A stretch of 63,916 nucleotides of DNA, filler included, from Porpidia crustulata (GCA_964255105.1; 3 parts of 3 records of this genome joined end to end with filler, not necessarily neighbours in it), one strand, 5' to 3'. Shown: positions 1 through 14,499, counted from the whole stretch's first letter. The notes: generated from the letters alone by a model not told the origin. Program-made: numbers and translations.

Positions 1-972
1 CACATATCCAGTGCGCTTACAAACAGACATCCGATAAATTCTCCCCTTTTGTCTCGTACCAGAGATGCCGTTATTCCACTCGAGATTGTAGCAAAAAGGG
101 CCACGGCGAAACTCATGAGATTTTAGTCACCAACGATAGAAAAACACGTTATGCCCACACGGTATGGTTTAAACGGAGCCAACTCGCTCCGAAGCAAAGA
201 ATCACGACCTGGACCCAAATACCTAAAACGGTCCACTCTGCTGCGTACGTCCTCTGTCGTTTTCAAGTAAAATGTCATACTTAGGCTAGATGTGTAGCTC
301 AACTTGAATTTCCCGTTTAGATTACATGACGCTCATGTTTCTTTTTTCTGTTTGAGCCGTGTGCGTTTCAAGCCGAGGACCTCCGAAAAAATACTTTGGA
401 TGCTAAACATTGAACCTGTTGTACATTAAATATTAAAGAAATAAAAATAGTGTAAGTATCAATCGTTGATAACGTTAGATGTTTGGGAGAAGAATGGGGG
501 TGGAGGGTAGGGGATGCGAACCAGGGGTCTGTTAATACTTGAGGACGTGGAAATGAGGGACGAAGGTGGGCCGAGGGACCCTTCCAATACTTGGTTGCGC
601 TACTGGTAGATGGCAGACCGACGCAAGGTTGAGTAGTTGCTAGCAGTGGTACTGGAGGAAGCTTCATGTGAGGTCAATAAAAGGCGATGGCTTGTAGTAA
701 GTGCTTGCAGGGGTAAAGGAGGTGAGCAAGTATTCCCAGGCGCTCGAGAGCTTTTCGTACCATACATATAATAAAGGATGAGGGGAAGCGGAGGAAATCG
801 CTTGGTGGTCGAGGGCCACCTCTATCGAGTCCCTTTCGGTAGATTTAGTAGTCTTGGTTTCCTATATCCACATTTGAAGACTGGCTGAGGCTGTCAACAC
901 TCAAGCGGCCGACACGGCCTCTATCCGACGGAGCGTAAACCGAAAACGTGGTCCACATAGCATTATCAGTAT

Positions 973-2064
973 CTAGAGGGAAAGGCCCTGGTCCATTAGT
1001 GCCGCTTGATCTTTGTTCTGACTGTCATTCTTACCACCCCTCCCTTCAGTCCTACTCATCAAGGTTTCCCTCCTCGCCAATCCCTCTCTCCGCTTTCTCT
1101 CCCTCCTAGTACCTCCATCCTCCCAGTCCTTACGGTGACCAGGTCTGTCGAAGATCTCGCATTCGAGCCGCGCAATTCTCTCCCGGTTGGCTAAGAACCT
1201 CTCATTGGCCAGTCCGACTAGGATCTCCAGATATCCTTCGCTGACTAGTGCCCGTATCTCCTCCTCATCCCCAACTAGGTCATTGTTACAAACACCGACT
1301 AGTGACCCCAGTGCCAGTCCTGCCGTCCGGACAGCGACCATGGGGAAAGCCGCGGGATCGTAAAGGTTCTTGAGCGATTGGACGCCGCTTTCACGAAAAC
1401 CTGCGTTGAGAGCTGCAGAGAGTATAAGTCTAGCGTGGTGAAGAGATGCGGTAGCGATGTGAAGGATCTACGGTCAAATATCCTGGAGTCAGAAATTTCG
1501 AGAGTGAACGACGAAAGAAGAGGAAATGATTGGAGGCCAAGATCGTGTAAAAGGAAGGGCACCTACAAAAGGCTCAAATTGAAAGCGTACAAAGCGTCGC
1601 GCTGACAGGCTCGTAGATGCCATGCCTGTTAAAGAATGGTCTACCGAATCAAGGCCAAAAAGCCTTGTGAAATGATCTTTTTTCTTGTCCGATAATACCA
1701 ATACTGGGTCGTGAGAGACGTACAGCCACCGTCCACCTCTTCCCTTACCACCCGGCACTGCATTTTGCTGTACACTGTCGTCGTCTTCGCCCACATCTTC
1801 ATCGGATTGCGGGTTTCCCTCTTGCAACAGGTCGTAAGGCCTCTCAACGCGCTTCGAGCCCTCTAAAAATACACTGACTCTTCCCGCACAGCTACTCGTT
1901 GTGACGACGCCTTCCAAGGTATTGATCCTGTCGATCAAACCTCGAATGCTAGTATCGACAGAACCCTTGGGAGAGGCATCGGTATAGCTGGAAGGATCGG
2001 CAGAAAGGGAGGACAGAATCCGGGACTTCAAAACTTTGAATGCTGGGGGGATTTGGGGAGACAT
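973..2064 (-). CDS. TYW3: tRNA wybutosine-synthesizing protein 3 (methyltransferase), 2 exons (2064-1567, 1467-973)
   Basis: Motifs DASPKGSVD, VTTSSCAGRVSVF, GGRWLYVSH, FEPF|ILHIATASLHHA, AGFRESG, PMVAVRTAGL and YLEILVGLANERF. A GTAGGT..TTGAC..TAG intron joins ORFs 1489-2139 and 973-1341 in frame. Confidence 0.93.
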
Positions 2065-3018
2065 CCAAGAGGGTGGGCAGTAACTCGGACTAATCAACAG
2101 TGAATAGAATAAAATGGGTAGGTGGATGTAGGAAAGCACTTTTAGAGGCGCTGAGCTGAAACAAAATCTGGCGGCTTCGAATTGAAAACGATGATATTGA
2201 GTAGAATGCAGAAAACTTCGAGATTATCAGACCTTAGGGGCAAGAGAAGAAAGTTTTGGGGTTGACGTATGGCAGCACGGGCAAGTACTAGAAATACTGC
2301 GACCTGAAGCGAGGATCCACAATCACCGAAGACTGGAGCGCGTGATGCACTTCGGTGGAGCAAGAGATTATTGCAGGCTCTGAGGTGGATAGAGCATCAA
2401 CGTGGAAACTTCAGAGGTTGATTTCAATCTTCAATCGGTACGGCGTCGCTTTTGGTGGGATAGGGCTGAGCTCCCGTATGTCGTGATCACAGTCGCGGGT
2501 TTTCTTGCATTGGTGCAGTGAGTTTGCCTACTGAGGATCAATCTCACTACGGCCATGTTGGCATTGTAACAGCCCTGAGACGACACCTGTCGTGATCTTC
2601 AAGATAGAGGAGCTGGAAGCTAAATTTGTCGTCGCGGTGTGAAATCACTCATAGCATGGACTACGATAATTGAATTGCTTTGTTTTCACGAAGGAAACCT
2701 TACTTCTGCAATTAGAAGCTACATGTTAAACATATCGTATCCGAAAGACATAGCAATTGCCAACTTTCAATTATTGTCTTGGTATTTGTTCGTTCCGCTG
2801 CGTCAGTGGGACCATTGCAGCATAAATAGCACTTTCTTTTATTTCCAGCATGAGATCAAAAGCCCACGCAAATAGATGCCCAGTGGCGAAACGCATAATA
2901 TGGGTAGTCCAACGCCTTTTGTGCGCCGAATCTTGTTTCATAGTAATAGATGCTGTAAAGTATGTTCGAGAAGCGAAGCCCACAAATGTGCAACCACCTT
3001 AGGAATGGAGACGTGTGA

Positions 3019-4698
3019 CTAGTAGTAGTTTCCTTTCGGAAGAGCGACAAAGATGCCTACGCAAACGGCGGAGATGAGCAACGAACCCCCAATAGCCTGC
3101 AGGAAGATGGTGTCTTGGATTTGGCGGAGCGCCGGCTCTTGAATCCAAACTTCGCGATCAAGGATCTTGCGGAGAATGTTTCGTTTTTCGTACTTTGCGA
3201 CCCAGGGCTCATCTTCGTAGCTATTATTGCTGCCGAAACTGTCGAAGGAGCCTTTCTTCATCTCGTATGTCGAAGACGCGTCGTCGTCTTCGGCGAAGAG
3301 TTCCCAAGGTCGGAGATGGCGGTGGTGCATGCCATGGAGGACCTAGAGTGTGTTAGCATCCGGGATACGAACACAGTACAATTGGGGGACACCTACAACA
3401 CACATGCCCTTCCAGGCAGCGATCAGCGTTGATACACCAATCACGAAACCAATAGCTGCTAAGACTCTCCAGCCGCGTCCGGCATTGCTAATCGTGATGA
3501 GGATACCAGCAAGAATACCACCGATGATACCACTAACACCGAGCCCACGAGCGAATATTACACGAGGTCGATTACCATTGCAGATAGTCCATCGAATAAA
3601 GTTGGGATGAGCTTGGTGGCGTAGAGACCATTCCACCGTGTGAACAACTTCCCGGAACGCGGAAGGATGGGTAGTGACTACTAATGCGTGTAAAAGGGCC
3701 GAGCGTTCCTTGGACGAGAGATTGAGCTGGCGCGGAGCACCGTCTGCGATATAAATTGAGATAATTCGTGAGACCTCTTCACGGAAAGGTTGGATAGTGA
3801 CTGTAATGTTGGTCAGCCGGGCTCCAGTAGGAAGGACAATCAACCATAATGCTCACATGGTTGCAACTTCAGATCGGCTGCTTCGAAAGCTCCGGCTGCT
3901 TTCTTTTGATGCGAGGACTTGTAGGAGCTGTTGATAGTAGAGGCATTGTCACTCCAGCCGTTATCGGAATGCGCAAAGCTTTCTCGTTCCTTCGTTGGCG
4001 TCCGAGGAGGAGTATTAAATGGATTACCTTTCACCTCAACGACGCTAGACATTGGAGGCGCAAAATCGGTGTCCTTGAAGACTGCGGCGGTCTCGGCACT
4101 CACAAGTTTCGTGCTGTTGGTGTTGTTTTGGGTTGCCAGTGCCTCTGCTTCGGCTTGTTCGACGGTCCATTCTGGTGCTAGTCTTCGCTCGCCTTCAGGG
4201 AGATCAGCGAAGCGCTGGGAGTAACCCCGATACCAAAGAAAGAATTGTAGGTTTTCGGCAGCGTGCTCAATGTATATTAGGTAGTTCATGAAGTCCCGAG
4301 TGGTGCATGGCTGTGGTAGAAGATATTAGTCTTACGAAAGCATGCGAAGATAACGTTGTAGGGGACGAGTGCAAGCAACTCCTTCGCTGAGGGTAATATA
4401 TAATGAAGGTCCAAGTTTCACATGGACCGGGATCGTGAAGCAGTAACAGGCTGGCCTGAGAGAACGCTTCGATTCTGAGATATGGCTACACTCGAAAGAT
4501 CGAGAATCCACTTACCGGGCATGTCCCTCCAGTAATGATACGATCAAATGACAGAGCTTCAGGTATGCCCATGGATACACCAGTGCCCACAGAATCGAGC
4601 GTGGATTCGCCGATGGACTTGGTCTTCTCGTCGCCCATGACCGAGGCCCGAGCTGAGTCGACATGAGGTGGACGACGGTAGGTAAGGGAGTAGACCAT
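3019..4698 (-). CDS. Fungal RGS-domain protein with C-terminal transmembrane helices, 4 exons
   Basis: PEALSFDRIITGGTCP|PCTTRDFMNYLIYIEHAAENLQFFLW; QPFREEVSRIISIYIADGAPRQLNLS; TTHPSAF; three hydrophobic segments; canonical GT-AG introns link four ORFs. Confidence 0.85.
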
Positions 4699-7600
4699 GT
4701 TTGCAGCTGGAGTATAATAGGCAACGATTAAAGATGAATTATGCAGCGTAGGACAAAGAGTGTGTCAGTGTGAGACTGTGAGGATGTGGAACATGGACAA
4801 GATGTCTTTGCTGAACGAAAGTAAGAATTAAGGCTTCCGATGACGGGTTAGCACAAGTGGGGCTCGGATATCTCCGGAGTCGTATCGAGAAGGAGCGTTC
4901 GGAGATTTCTTTGGCGATTGGAATGAATCGATATCACTCTGGTGCACGATTCTGCAATGCAATGCAAGTCAGTTGGGAGGAGACCTTGAACGACGAGACG
5001 TAGGGATATATTAGCAACAGCCTGACAAATAACACAACCAGTTCTCCTTTTCCACGACGGCAGGGAAAAGAAACATTTTCATGGATGACGGGACCCAAGA
5101 AAGGAAGAGTTTAGTCTTAAATCTTCCTTTCTCACTACTTTGCAGGGAAGTTGATGGACAGGTACAAGCGCAGCCGGCAAGGCAAGCCACGTCGACAGGC
5201 TTTAATGGTCGAAGGTCCAGCCTAGCTAGCTATCTGAGAGACTAAGAGCCAGCTGCGGAGCTGGGTCATGGAAACGGGCAGCTCGAGAGAGACAGATCCC
5301 ATATTCATTGGAGACGAGACTATCGTATTGATCATTGGAAGACTCATCATGTTCGACACATAATGCAGGCTGACAGGTGACTTCTCGTACGTGAAGAGTT
5401 GTGAATAGTGGCTCCTTCCATTCCCGGCGTGGGAACGCTGCCTTGGCCAACAGGGAGATCGCATCAACAGGTCACGTATTTCCCGGGCGAAGTTTCGGCT
5501 TGACGTGCTCCTGCCAATCATGGCTAAAACTTCAGATGACGATCTGTTGGCAGTCGAAATGCGGCTCTGATTACACTCCATTGATGAGGGGTGAGTACTT
5601 TCGGTGAGTTCAGACTTCAGAGCTTTGAAACTGGCATGAGCGCTATTGGCAGTAGTTTGCCAGTTGTGCCAGTCCAGTACACGAGGTGGTGAGTCTCGAA
5701 CTTGAATGGCGTCCGTTTTAATCTTACTCAATGAACAGCGTCCAGGAGCGTGGCGTGCGTGGGAAGAGCCTGGGGGAAGTTGGAACACTAATCTGGCGAC
5801 TAAGGTGAAAGATGTACATCCCCCATGCAAGCTACAGGGTACAGACACGCGGTACCCTGGTAAGTGCCTGCGATAGTGCGGCAATCTGTGTAAGATGAAT
5901 AGATGATCGGTTTCGGGCTTTCGGTCTGCGTCGCCCGAAAACTGCAGACTTGGCACATCGGGAAAGAATCCCACTAGGAGCGGAGGAGGTAGTCAATGCT
6001 CTGTGGGGGCGGCATCGCGAATCAACACCATTATCATAACATTACTATTGTCAACGCATTCCTTGCTGAGATCCTATAAGTTGGGTGGTCAGGTTCAAGT
6101 TTCTTGACCACTTTACGAAGATTAGATTTTCGCAAAATTCGCTGACGGAGGAGGAGCGAAAGACTTTCAATCTTCCATCCAAATCGATACTGGACCAAAC
6201 CAATGCTGCACTAATGGGGGTGGAGCTGCGAAAAAGCGTCTTTATGGGGCGAGAACACTGTGAACCCTGCTCATGCTAGAAAGTAGCGCAGACCCAAAGA
6301 ATTGGGGGTCCCGTCATCGTCTGTGCATCCCTGGGCTGCGGCCGAGAGGCGGCTGAATCTGAGATTAGCGTAAGCAGCGCGTTATCCACGTACTATGTAA
6401 TATATGGACTCTAGAATCATCAAAGTTAGGGGTAGCCTCATAAACTGCTCCTCAATGATAGCAGAGCATTGCGACCGGTAGGTCTATGTACTCGGAACTA
6501 CGAGTCTACGTCGACAATTGCCTCTACTTACTCAGACATTGTTCGAGTCCGACATCATTGGTCTTCAAATCCGTCTCATCGTCATCATAAGATTCACCAG
6601 CGTCGAGATGGGCGTGATACAGCCTGCATGCAGCAGACACTCCTGATATTACTGGTATGATCCGCCATTTCTAATGCTCCTGCATGTCCGAGGGTCTCAT
6701 GGAATCTACTTAAAGCTCCGGTATCGTTGATTATCAGTGCCAGGCACAGTGGGGAAGTCAAAGCTGAAGAGCGGTGGACTAGCTACTGTTGCTTACCTAG
6801 GTAGCACAGACGGCTCAACATTGCCCAGATGTTCCGGGGCTTGGTGATCGGGTCTCTTAATCCCAGGAAGCAGAGCTACGGCACTCATCTTACATAGCGT
6901 GATGACTCGTCAATGTGGAAACAATTAGTGAAAGTCTGATAGGTTCTGTCGCTGAAGCCTGAAGGGAACGAGGAAACGGTAAGTCAAGATCGTCACTACA
7001 GCGATCGTAGCATAGAACAGGAATGCTACACATCTGTTTCCACCGGCCAGCATTAAAATTGACGATGATCCGTGGGATACTGGGTCGGCCAGTCAGAGCC
7101 GTGTCGGCATTCGATGACTTGACGAATCACCGCCACAACGGTTTTATATTCATTTGGTTATTCGTCACCCACGCGGTCTCGCGGGTTGACGTGCTTGCAT
7201 CCCTACCCCTATATCAACAGCCTCTCCTACGACCTATTGAGTCATTCTTGTTGCCCTGGACAAACCTACTTCGTTCGACGATCTCCCTCCTCGCACTCGC
7301 AACTCACTCGAGATTTGTTCCCAATTGAAAGATCTTGTCCCAATATAGAGAGAAAAGCCATTCACCCCAACCTCAGTCCATCCGCAAATCATACACCTAC
7401 CGTAGGGATCAATAGCTTCCGCTGAACTGGCTCTGCGTCACGGAATTTGCAGACTTGGTTTATGCGTTGGCCGTCAAATTTCAATCCAACATGCACCTAA
7501 CTTTTGATGCTATGCACACTGGGCTTCATATGACTTGTATTGATTTGCGTAGGCCTAACCCAAGAAGAAAGATTTTCAAAGAGAACATACTATATAGAGA

Positions 7601-8890
7601 TCGGGCGATCCAGGTCCTTGGGAAGATGACTATTTTCGTAGACGATTACGCCGGCGTCTCCTTTGTCTGTAAATTGTCGTCAATCGACATGATATCAACG
7701 TGTGTGAATTACTACTTCAGTTGACGAAGAAGCTGTAAAAAGAGAGATCAGTACTACAAAATCATCTAGAATCATTTATAAATGCACAATACTTGTAGTA
7801 TATAGAATAGGATTGTTATTCAGAGGCTCAATTTCATTCGACGCAGTCAAGTTTCGGTAATCAACTTTGATAGACTTGAATGCTCAAAAGCAGGCAGATA
7901 GCCTATCTATGAGCTCGAAGAACCCACAGCCAAGGGCAACGCGCAACTTTGAAGGCTATTGTCAAGGGCACTTTTTTCGATCGATCTAGTTTTAGGGAGT
8001 AGTCAATATCGCCGAACACCACCGTCGCCTTTTCTCCGAGTCACTGATATCAGATTAGAGGGTTACCTCCTACTCCAGTATCATGAATGCTCGTCGACCA
8101 GAACACGTCTTCCACCCTACTCGAACACCCATCCTTAGTCTACCCGAAGGACGAAAACAATAGACCCTCGATTTAAGCAAACATACATAGAGAAATGAAG
8201 CCTATATCCCCAAACGAGACTTCGATTGCCTTTCAAGCGAATACTTATGCTTCAAAGTGTATCAGTCAGACTTTCGGAGACCTCGCGCTCGTTTATGCTA
8301 TGAAATTCCCTTTACTTGCCTGTAACGGAAAGGGATGGAAACGACCCGTCTGGCAGGAACGATGTTGCAACGAATTTCTCAGTGGAATAGATGCGGAAGA
8401 GCTCGAGCATACGCGAGAGTTTTCAAGTTCGTACCTCGTAGAGTGCCTTCGCGAACGATATCTGGCCGCAATGGTTTCGACCGCCGATGCCTTTCCCATC
8501 CGTTTCAATATTTGACGCGGACGCAATGATCCAGCATGTGCCAACTGTCGAAGTAATACTTCACGGCTCGTCACCATTTCGCTTTGAATTATTTTCGAGC
8601 ACCAGCCTTGGTCTTAGTTTTCAACTAGAAGTGCAGCGATGATATCACCATGATTTCCTGTGCTGCAAGACTCATCTTTTCTAAAGAATTCGCAGAAACG
8701 CAAGATGTCCAACGTGCGTGGCTACCTGGAATACATGCAAGCCCACGTATATATATATATATCACGATTGGTTGCCCTCGTCATAGAACGCCTTGCGATT
8801 CAAACAACACCAAGAGCGCTTACCGAATTGCCAATCTAGATCCCTATCGATGCATCATGTGGTATCAAGGGTGCATTGTGTTGGAAAACA

Positions 8891-11800
8891 TTACATGAGG
8901 ACACAGTCGCCCTCTGATTGTTTATTGACCGCCGACCGTGACACCCTCGACTTCTCCATCTTAGCCCCGCCCTTCCGCAAGTCCTCAAGTCTATTCCGCG
9001 CTTTGGGGAAATTTTGGGCTGTGGAGCAACAGTCAGCATGTTCTCTCTCACAAGATTCTACTACCGGAAGGGACTCACACGCTGCCCTCCAATACCATCT
9101 CTTAGCATCCTCTAGGTTTGCCGGTGCACCAATCCCAACCTCAGTAAAATACCCCATGGCATACTCTGCTTTGGCCATGCCCGCCTGTGCAGCTTTGCGC
9201 GCCCAGAGGTACGCTTCGGTATCGCTTTGCTGGAGCACACCCTCTGAGCCTGTCAAGTACCATCCGCTTAATGCAAGCTCACTTTGATGCTCCTCTTGTA
9301 CTGCTGCTTTGCTATACCAAGCGATGCTTTGCCTCGGGTCGACCGGGCAGCCCATCGATCCGTACTCGTAGGCGCATCCGAGACGAAATTGAGAAAACTT
9401 GTAGCCAAGCTTCGCGGCTTGCGTGAAGAGTTGCTTCGAGTAAATTTCGTCCTTAATGACTCCCTCGTTACCAGTATCTTTCTCGTGCAGGAGGCCAAGC
9501 TCATGCAGAGCGTGGGGATTCTCCTCATCGGCTTGGTCAGCAGCCCGCTTCAACCATGTCACTGCCTGATTAAGGTTCTTTGGTTGTCCCAAAAGACCTT
9601 TCAGTTGGATGATGCCCATTTTATACATGGCAGGCGGATCTCCCAAGGTCGCAGCTCGCTTGTACCATTGCATGGCTTTCAACGGGTCTCGTTTGGTCCC
9701 TCCGCCTTCTTCCTGCCCCATCTCACAGCATACTGCTACTCTGTAAGCACCCTGAGAATGACCAGCTTTAGCTGCGGACTGGTACAGGTTGAAGGCTTCC
9801 TTGGGATCGGTCTCCAAGCCAAGGAACCCCCGACTATAACAATCTGCAAGGTAGAAAGAAGCGTCCGAGTAGCCATTGCTTACAAGCTTTTTCACCGTCT
9901 TATGAGCGTCCAGTATGTACCTCTCCCGGGTCTTAGCCTTAGTCCTCTGGTCAGCTCGACGGTCTACGAGAACAGACGCGGCTTCGACCATTTTCTTGGC
10001 CAAGATGAGCTGCATCTTCTGATCCGAAGGGTTCTTAGCAACAGTTTGTCTAAGAGTCTCAAGCTCTTCGTGCGTGACTGACGCCGAGCCTCGTTGCTTG
10101 TCAACTGACGCGCGTGAGAGGAGATCCGGCGGCTGGGTAGGGTTGGCTTGCTGCAAAGGTGATGGACCATTGTTGTACTGTCGGATAGGTGCTGGTTTCG
10201 GAGCTTGATTCACCGGAGAACCTTGCATCAAGCCTGGTCGGATTGGGGCTGGGTGTCTTGGTAAGGCATCTGGATTAGATGGTGCGCTTACTGGACGCAA
10301 CTCAATCGTTGCTGTACCCCTTGAATCCACGTTATTGTCTGATTGTCTACCTGGGCCAGCACCTGGCCTTACGTTCTGCCGTGTTAGCGACTGGTGCAGT
10401 CCGTACTGCAGCCTGTCCTGAGAAGCCCTGGACGGTGGTCTATAAGCGCTTGCTACGTTATTAGGCGAGCTGGACGCAGGTGCAACCGGCCATTGAGAAA
10501 TGGGGGATGCGACTGGCTGGCCGTAATTTTGGGGACTGGTCCTCGGGTGGGTATTACTATTGGGGATCGTGCTTCCATCATACCCACGGGGTAATGGCTC
10601 CTTAGGCACTGCAGGGACAACTCCAGACATCTCGAAATCAAACCCTCCATAGCTAGAAGGTTGAGGCGAGCACTGATCGTTCAAATTTGGTGATGACCTA
10701 CTCCGAGAAACCTGTCCTGGAGGGCCGGGAGGCATTCGCAGATGTTGGAGTTTGGGTCCGTGAGAATGGGATGGCATTGATGGTAATACAGGCGGTACGT
10801 ATTGTGGTTCGAGATGCTCATCTAATGTCATTCCGCGTCGGTGAGAGGGACCTAGGTCGGGTATTGCATCGAAGTTCGGCATGTCCTCGTCAATGTCAGG
10901 TTGAGATTGGCTTCCTCTGGAGTGGTCAGTATTCCCTTGATCATGGTGTGATGCACCATAATACGAGTCGAACAAGTCACCAATGCTATCTTGTGCACTA
11001 TGAGGTATTGGGTGTGCATTGTGATGGGTCTGATAAGGATTACTCTGGATTGGGGAATAGATATCGGCTTGTGCCTTGATATGATTCGCTGGTCTTGGCT
11101 GACTCGGAAATATCTTTGCAGGGCTCTTGGGTAGATATTCTTTATTATTAGGACCATAATATCCAGCGTTAGGCCCCGGTTCTTGCCAAGAGGGTTCGGA
11201 ATACTTCGACGTGCTGGCAGAGCTGGAGACACTGGCAGTAATATTATTAGGCATAGTGTTGCTTCGCTGGGTTTCAGGGCCGGAGCCGGGCACGGATGGG
11301 TGGAACGAAGATACAGCATTTGCATCTTCTGAGCGTCTGCCAGCCATAGCAGGCGCATGAGTATCTTGTGGGATTGGCCATTCTTCGCGAGTATCATGTT
11401 GATATTTGAGAGCCCCGTACTGGCCACTATTGGCACGATTTTCATGGAGTTGAGCATTATGATGGTGCCGGTTGTCATATGGTTTACTATTGCGTTCATG
11501 GAGCACATCCCGCATATTTCGATACTGCTCGTCTGGGTAGTCCTTTGACTGCTGCACGCTCGATTTTGGCTCATTACTGAAGACAAGATTCTTACTGCCC
11601 TTACCATTGGCTGTGGAAGGCCTTTGCTCATTCGTATGCTCTTGATTGGTGCCGCTCCGAATTGTCATCCCAGAAACAGCAGCATTGAGACTGATCCTAT
11701 TTGTATGGCTTGCCTTCTTCTTAGTAGTGGGAAATGTTGGGAAGGGATTGTCCCAAGCAATAGTATCTGGTGAAGTAAGGTCTCCTAGGATTCGTTCCTT

Positions 11801-12658
11801 GGCTAATTGATAAGAATTAGTAAGTGGATCAGGTCATGAGAAGGTAGATAACCAACACTGGGGAGGTTGAGCAATAGCGATCTTTGAAATAGCTGGCTGT
11901 TGCTGCCCATATGTGGAGGCTTGTTTTGGAGCACTACCAGGTCTGTGGCTTCCAGAACTTCCTTGAACAGGCCAATTTACATAAGACTTCAAAGATCCCT
12001 GCTGCTGGTGCTCACTGGTGAGTCGCGGGCGCTGACCAACCGAGTCTGCACTCTTACTGGTCGCGATTGCTGGCCGCTGAGCGCGATGGCCTTGGATCTC
12101 CCGAGGTTCATAATAACGGTCGTTCCTTTGATAGCCTCCATCATTATGCTTTAACACCTTTTGTGAGACTGAATCGTGATAGACCCCATTTGTAGAACCT
12201 CCCGACTTCTGTGCTCCGCGAGGAGGTATTACTTGTTGATATTGATTAATCGGAGGCAGAGCAGGACCACGAGCAGGGACAAAATGACTCGAAGGAGGTA
12301 GGCGGGCTCGAGGCTCCCTGTATGCATACCTATTGCCGTAGCCCACTTCGTAGTGCATCGGCTGCGCAGAAAGTGGCCCGTAGTCACTGCCCTGTCTGAT
12401 CTCTTCGTTCCAGCCTGTCTCCCCGTACTGATTGGTCTCTTGACCACGTCTGGCGGGTCCGTTCTGAGCGGCAATGAGATTATCTGGTGGATATTGACCA
12501 GAATAGTACGAAGATTCATGAAGATCACCGTGTTTCTGGGAACCATTATCTTGATTGTAAGCAGTGTACTCCTGTTGTTGCTGGGGTTTATGGGGGAGCT
12601 CTGGGTGGCCGTATTCTGGCCTTGGGGCGATCTTGTAGCGTGGTTGTGTGTATACCAT
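8891..12658 (-). CDS. SKT5: Sel1-repeat chitin synthase activator (Chs4/Skt5-like) with long Pro/Gln/Ser-rich N-terminus and C-terminal CaaX (CVLM), 3 exons
   Basis: Tandem Sel1 repeats (EAFNLYQSAAKAGH, AMQWYKRAATLGD, SIAWYSKAA, EAYLWARKAA). C-terminal CVLM prenylation motif. A GTTGGT..CTAAT..TAG intron at about 11804-11856 joins ORF 11834-12658 to the main ORF. Confidence 0.88.
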
Positions 12659-13417
12659 GGTTTTCTTCGTTACAGGCTATGAGAAATCGCTCGATATCTA
12701 TGCTCCGACGAGAACGTGAAGGGAGCACTATTATTGTTTTATACTCCAAAGCGCATTTGCTAGACCTTTTAAACCATTCGTAACAGCACTCATCTCGCAA
12801 CTCAAAGTCCGACTGCCATACATTCAAAGCCCCGGTAGTGTATGTAGATTAAAACCCAGGCAATCAAAGACCTCTGACCGGTGCTGGAGCTAGGAGAGAA
12901 CACAACCGAACGGACGCGTGCAAGACAGAAGGCAAAAGCGCAATGATCGAGTAGCGAAGTGAGCAGTCCTTTCTTGAGGTCCTAGCATGCAGTCATCGGA
13001 TTTGTTTCAAGTCCTTCATCGAGCTTCCTTTGTCGCATTTACGGATTTCTGATGAACGGTCGGTGAGCCTCTAAGGAGTAACCCTGAGCATTGAGCTACC
13101 TGGTCTGAATTGTTCATATAGCGTAGTAGAGTTGGACGTCATTCGCAATTCCCAAACTGGGGGACTATTGTTGACGGCATGCCTCTCACACTTCTCAGCA
13201 AGGTAGGTGGGTAATACGTGGATAAAGTGCTACTGAATGATATGTTTTGTGGAACGTGTGGAGAAGTGTGGCTCAGTCGGTGGCTGTGTATTCAAAGAGC
13301 AACAAGACATCGGAAGGCCAATGAAATATATTTTCGAACGTGCCTCATGAAACCTCAGCCCATTGTGTTACACTTCACAAACTTGATATTCAGCCCGCCT
13401 ACATTCTCTTTGTCGTC

Positions 13418-13930
13418 ATGTCCAAAGTTGGATTGTATATCAAGATGCTTACCGCGTAAGGCGCACAGCCCGCTCAGGCTCTATCAATAGTAGCCGACTG
13501 ATCAAGTGGCCAGAGGTGTGGTAATGTGTGTTGGAGGCCCTGCCCTGATTTACTATGTCACACCTACGGAAGAAGAGTTATTCAAGGTTCATCACACATT
13601 CGCAGCGTATCTGTCTTAACACTAAAAGTCTGTAGCGGTATAATCCAGAGTTGCAGAGGAGGTCCCTGGAGAACAGGCATGGGAAACAACAAGATTTTGA
13701 CAACTTCGTGGGGAAGCTGAAGGAATATTCGAAGTCGGATAAGCCGAGTATGCCCAATAAGGGTATCAAATGCATGGCTGAGCACTTACAAGACTTTTGT
13801 AGTATGGGAGGCAGCTGCGATTGACGAGGCCAGGACAAAGGCGAATACGGCGGAGGATCAGCGGCGAATGGCGCAGGAGATGCAAAAGCGAAGAGATGAG
13901 ATCAGAAGACATTCAATCAGAGTTGACTGA
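13418..13930 (+). CDS. CBP4: Mitochondrial complex III assembly factor Cbp4, 4 short exons (not in the ORF track)
   Basis: Spliced translation [83 protein letters not shown]...RVD* carries the Cbp4 signature ([23 protein letters not shown]). Three GT-AG introns keep frame. Confidence 0.9.
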
Positions 13931-14499
13931 GGGCATGGCAAAGCTCTGGGCTTCAGCGTGTACCAGAACACTGTGTCTTGCTATGTTGCATTATACTGAA
14001 GGCGTCAGGACATTACAGGATGTGGGTCTTATTCATTCTTAGCGGATCCAACTTTCATGACAAGCTGCACGTGATTTAATGCGAGATATGCGATCCTCTC
14101 TACAACTCTAACTGGAAACAAGTATAGAGGTGGGATTCCGGCGTCTCGGATCTGTGTGCTGTTGATTGATAATATGTACAAAGACCAGGGGAAGTCAAGT
14201 GTCATTGGACTATTTACCCCCAAACCCCCCGGTCAAATTAGCCCAATGGCTTTTGACACCATTGTGAAATACACTCGCCGATGATGTAAGCACTACCGAT
14301 ATGCATATGAAACCGAAATGCAGTAGACTGCAGTGCGTCAACCTATTACTGGCCATACGCAAGCCAAGATAACAGGCAAGCAAAGTACCGGGAGCCAAAG
14401 GGCGTCGGTACGTCGGCAGTATCGTGAAATGCCTCAAGATTTGCTCCATGAAAATATCGGTTGTTTCGATATGATGCTGAGTCATGTCGCTTCATTGGA

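Noticed and set aside
368..667. 99-aa minus-strand ORF starting MKL with an upstream TATA-like tract
   Set aside because: No convincing signal peptide or domain, and the 3' part runs into AT-rich UTR-like sequence.
2142..2363. Short hydrophobic minus-strand ORF just upstream of TYW3
   Set aside because: No ATG start or recognisable family; it may be promoter or 5' UTR sequence.
5222..5974. 250-aa minus-strand ORF upstream of the RGS gene
   Set aside because: Non-ATG start, Ser/Arg-rich random-looking composition and no motifs; probably a chance ORF.
6541..6550. GTTCGAGTCC resembling a tRNA T-loop
   Set aside because: Flanks do not form a T-stem or cloverleaf. I found no tRNA or rRNA gene in the window.
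7800..8600. Fragmentary protein-like frames and splice-like signals downstream of SKT5
   Set aside because: Many stops, no consistent exon chain and no recognisable homology.
9284..10081. Long antisense and alternative-frame ORFs over real genes (also 10852-11631, 25716-26204, 43171-43839)
   Set aside because: Shadow ORFs overlapping well-supported coding exons.
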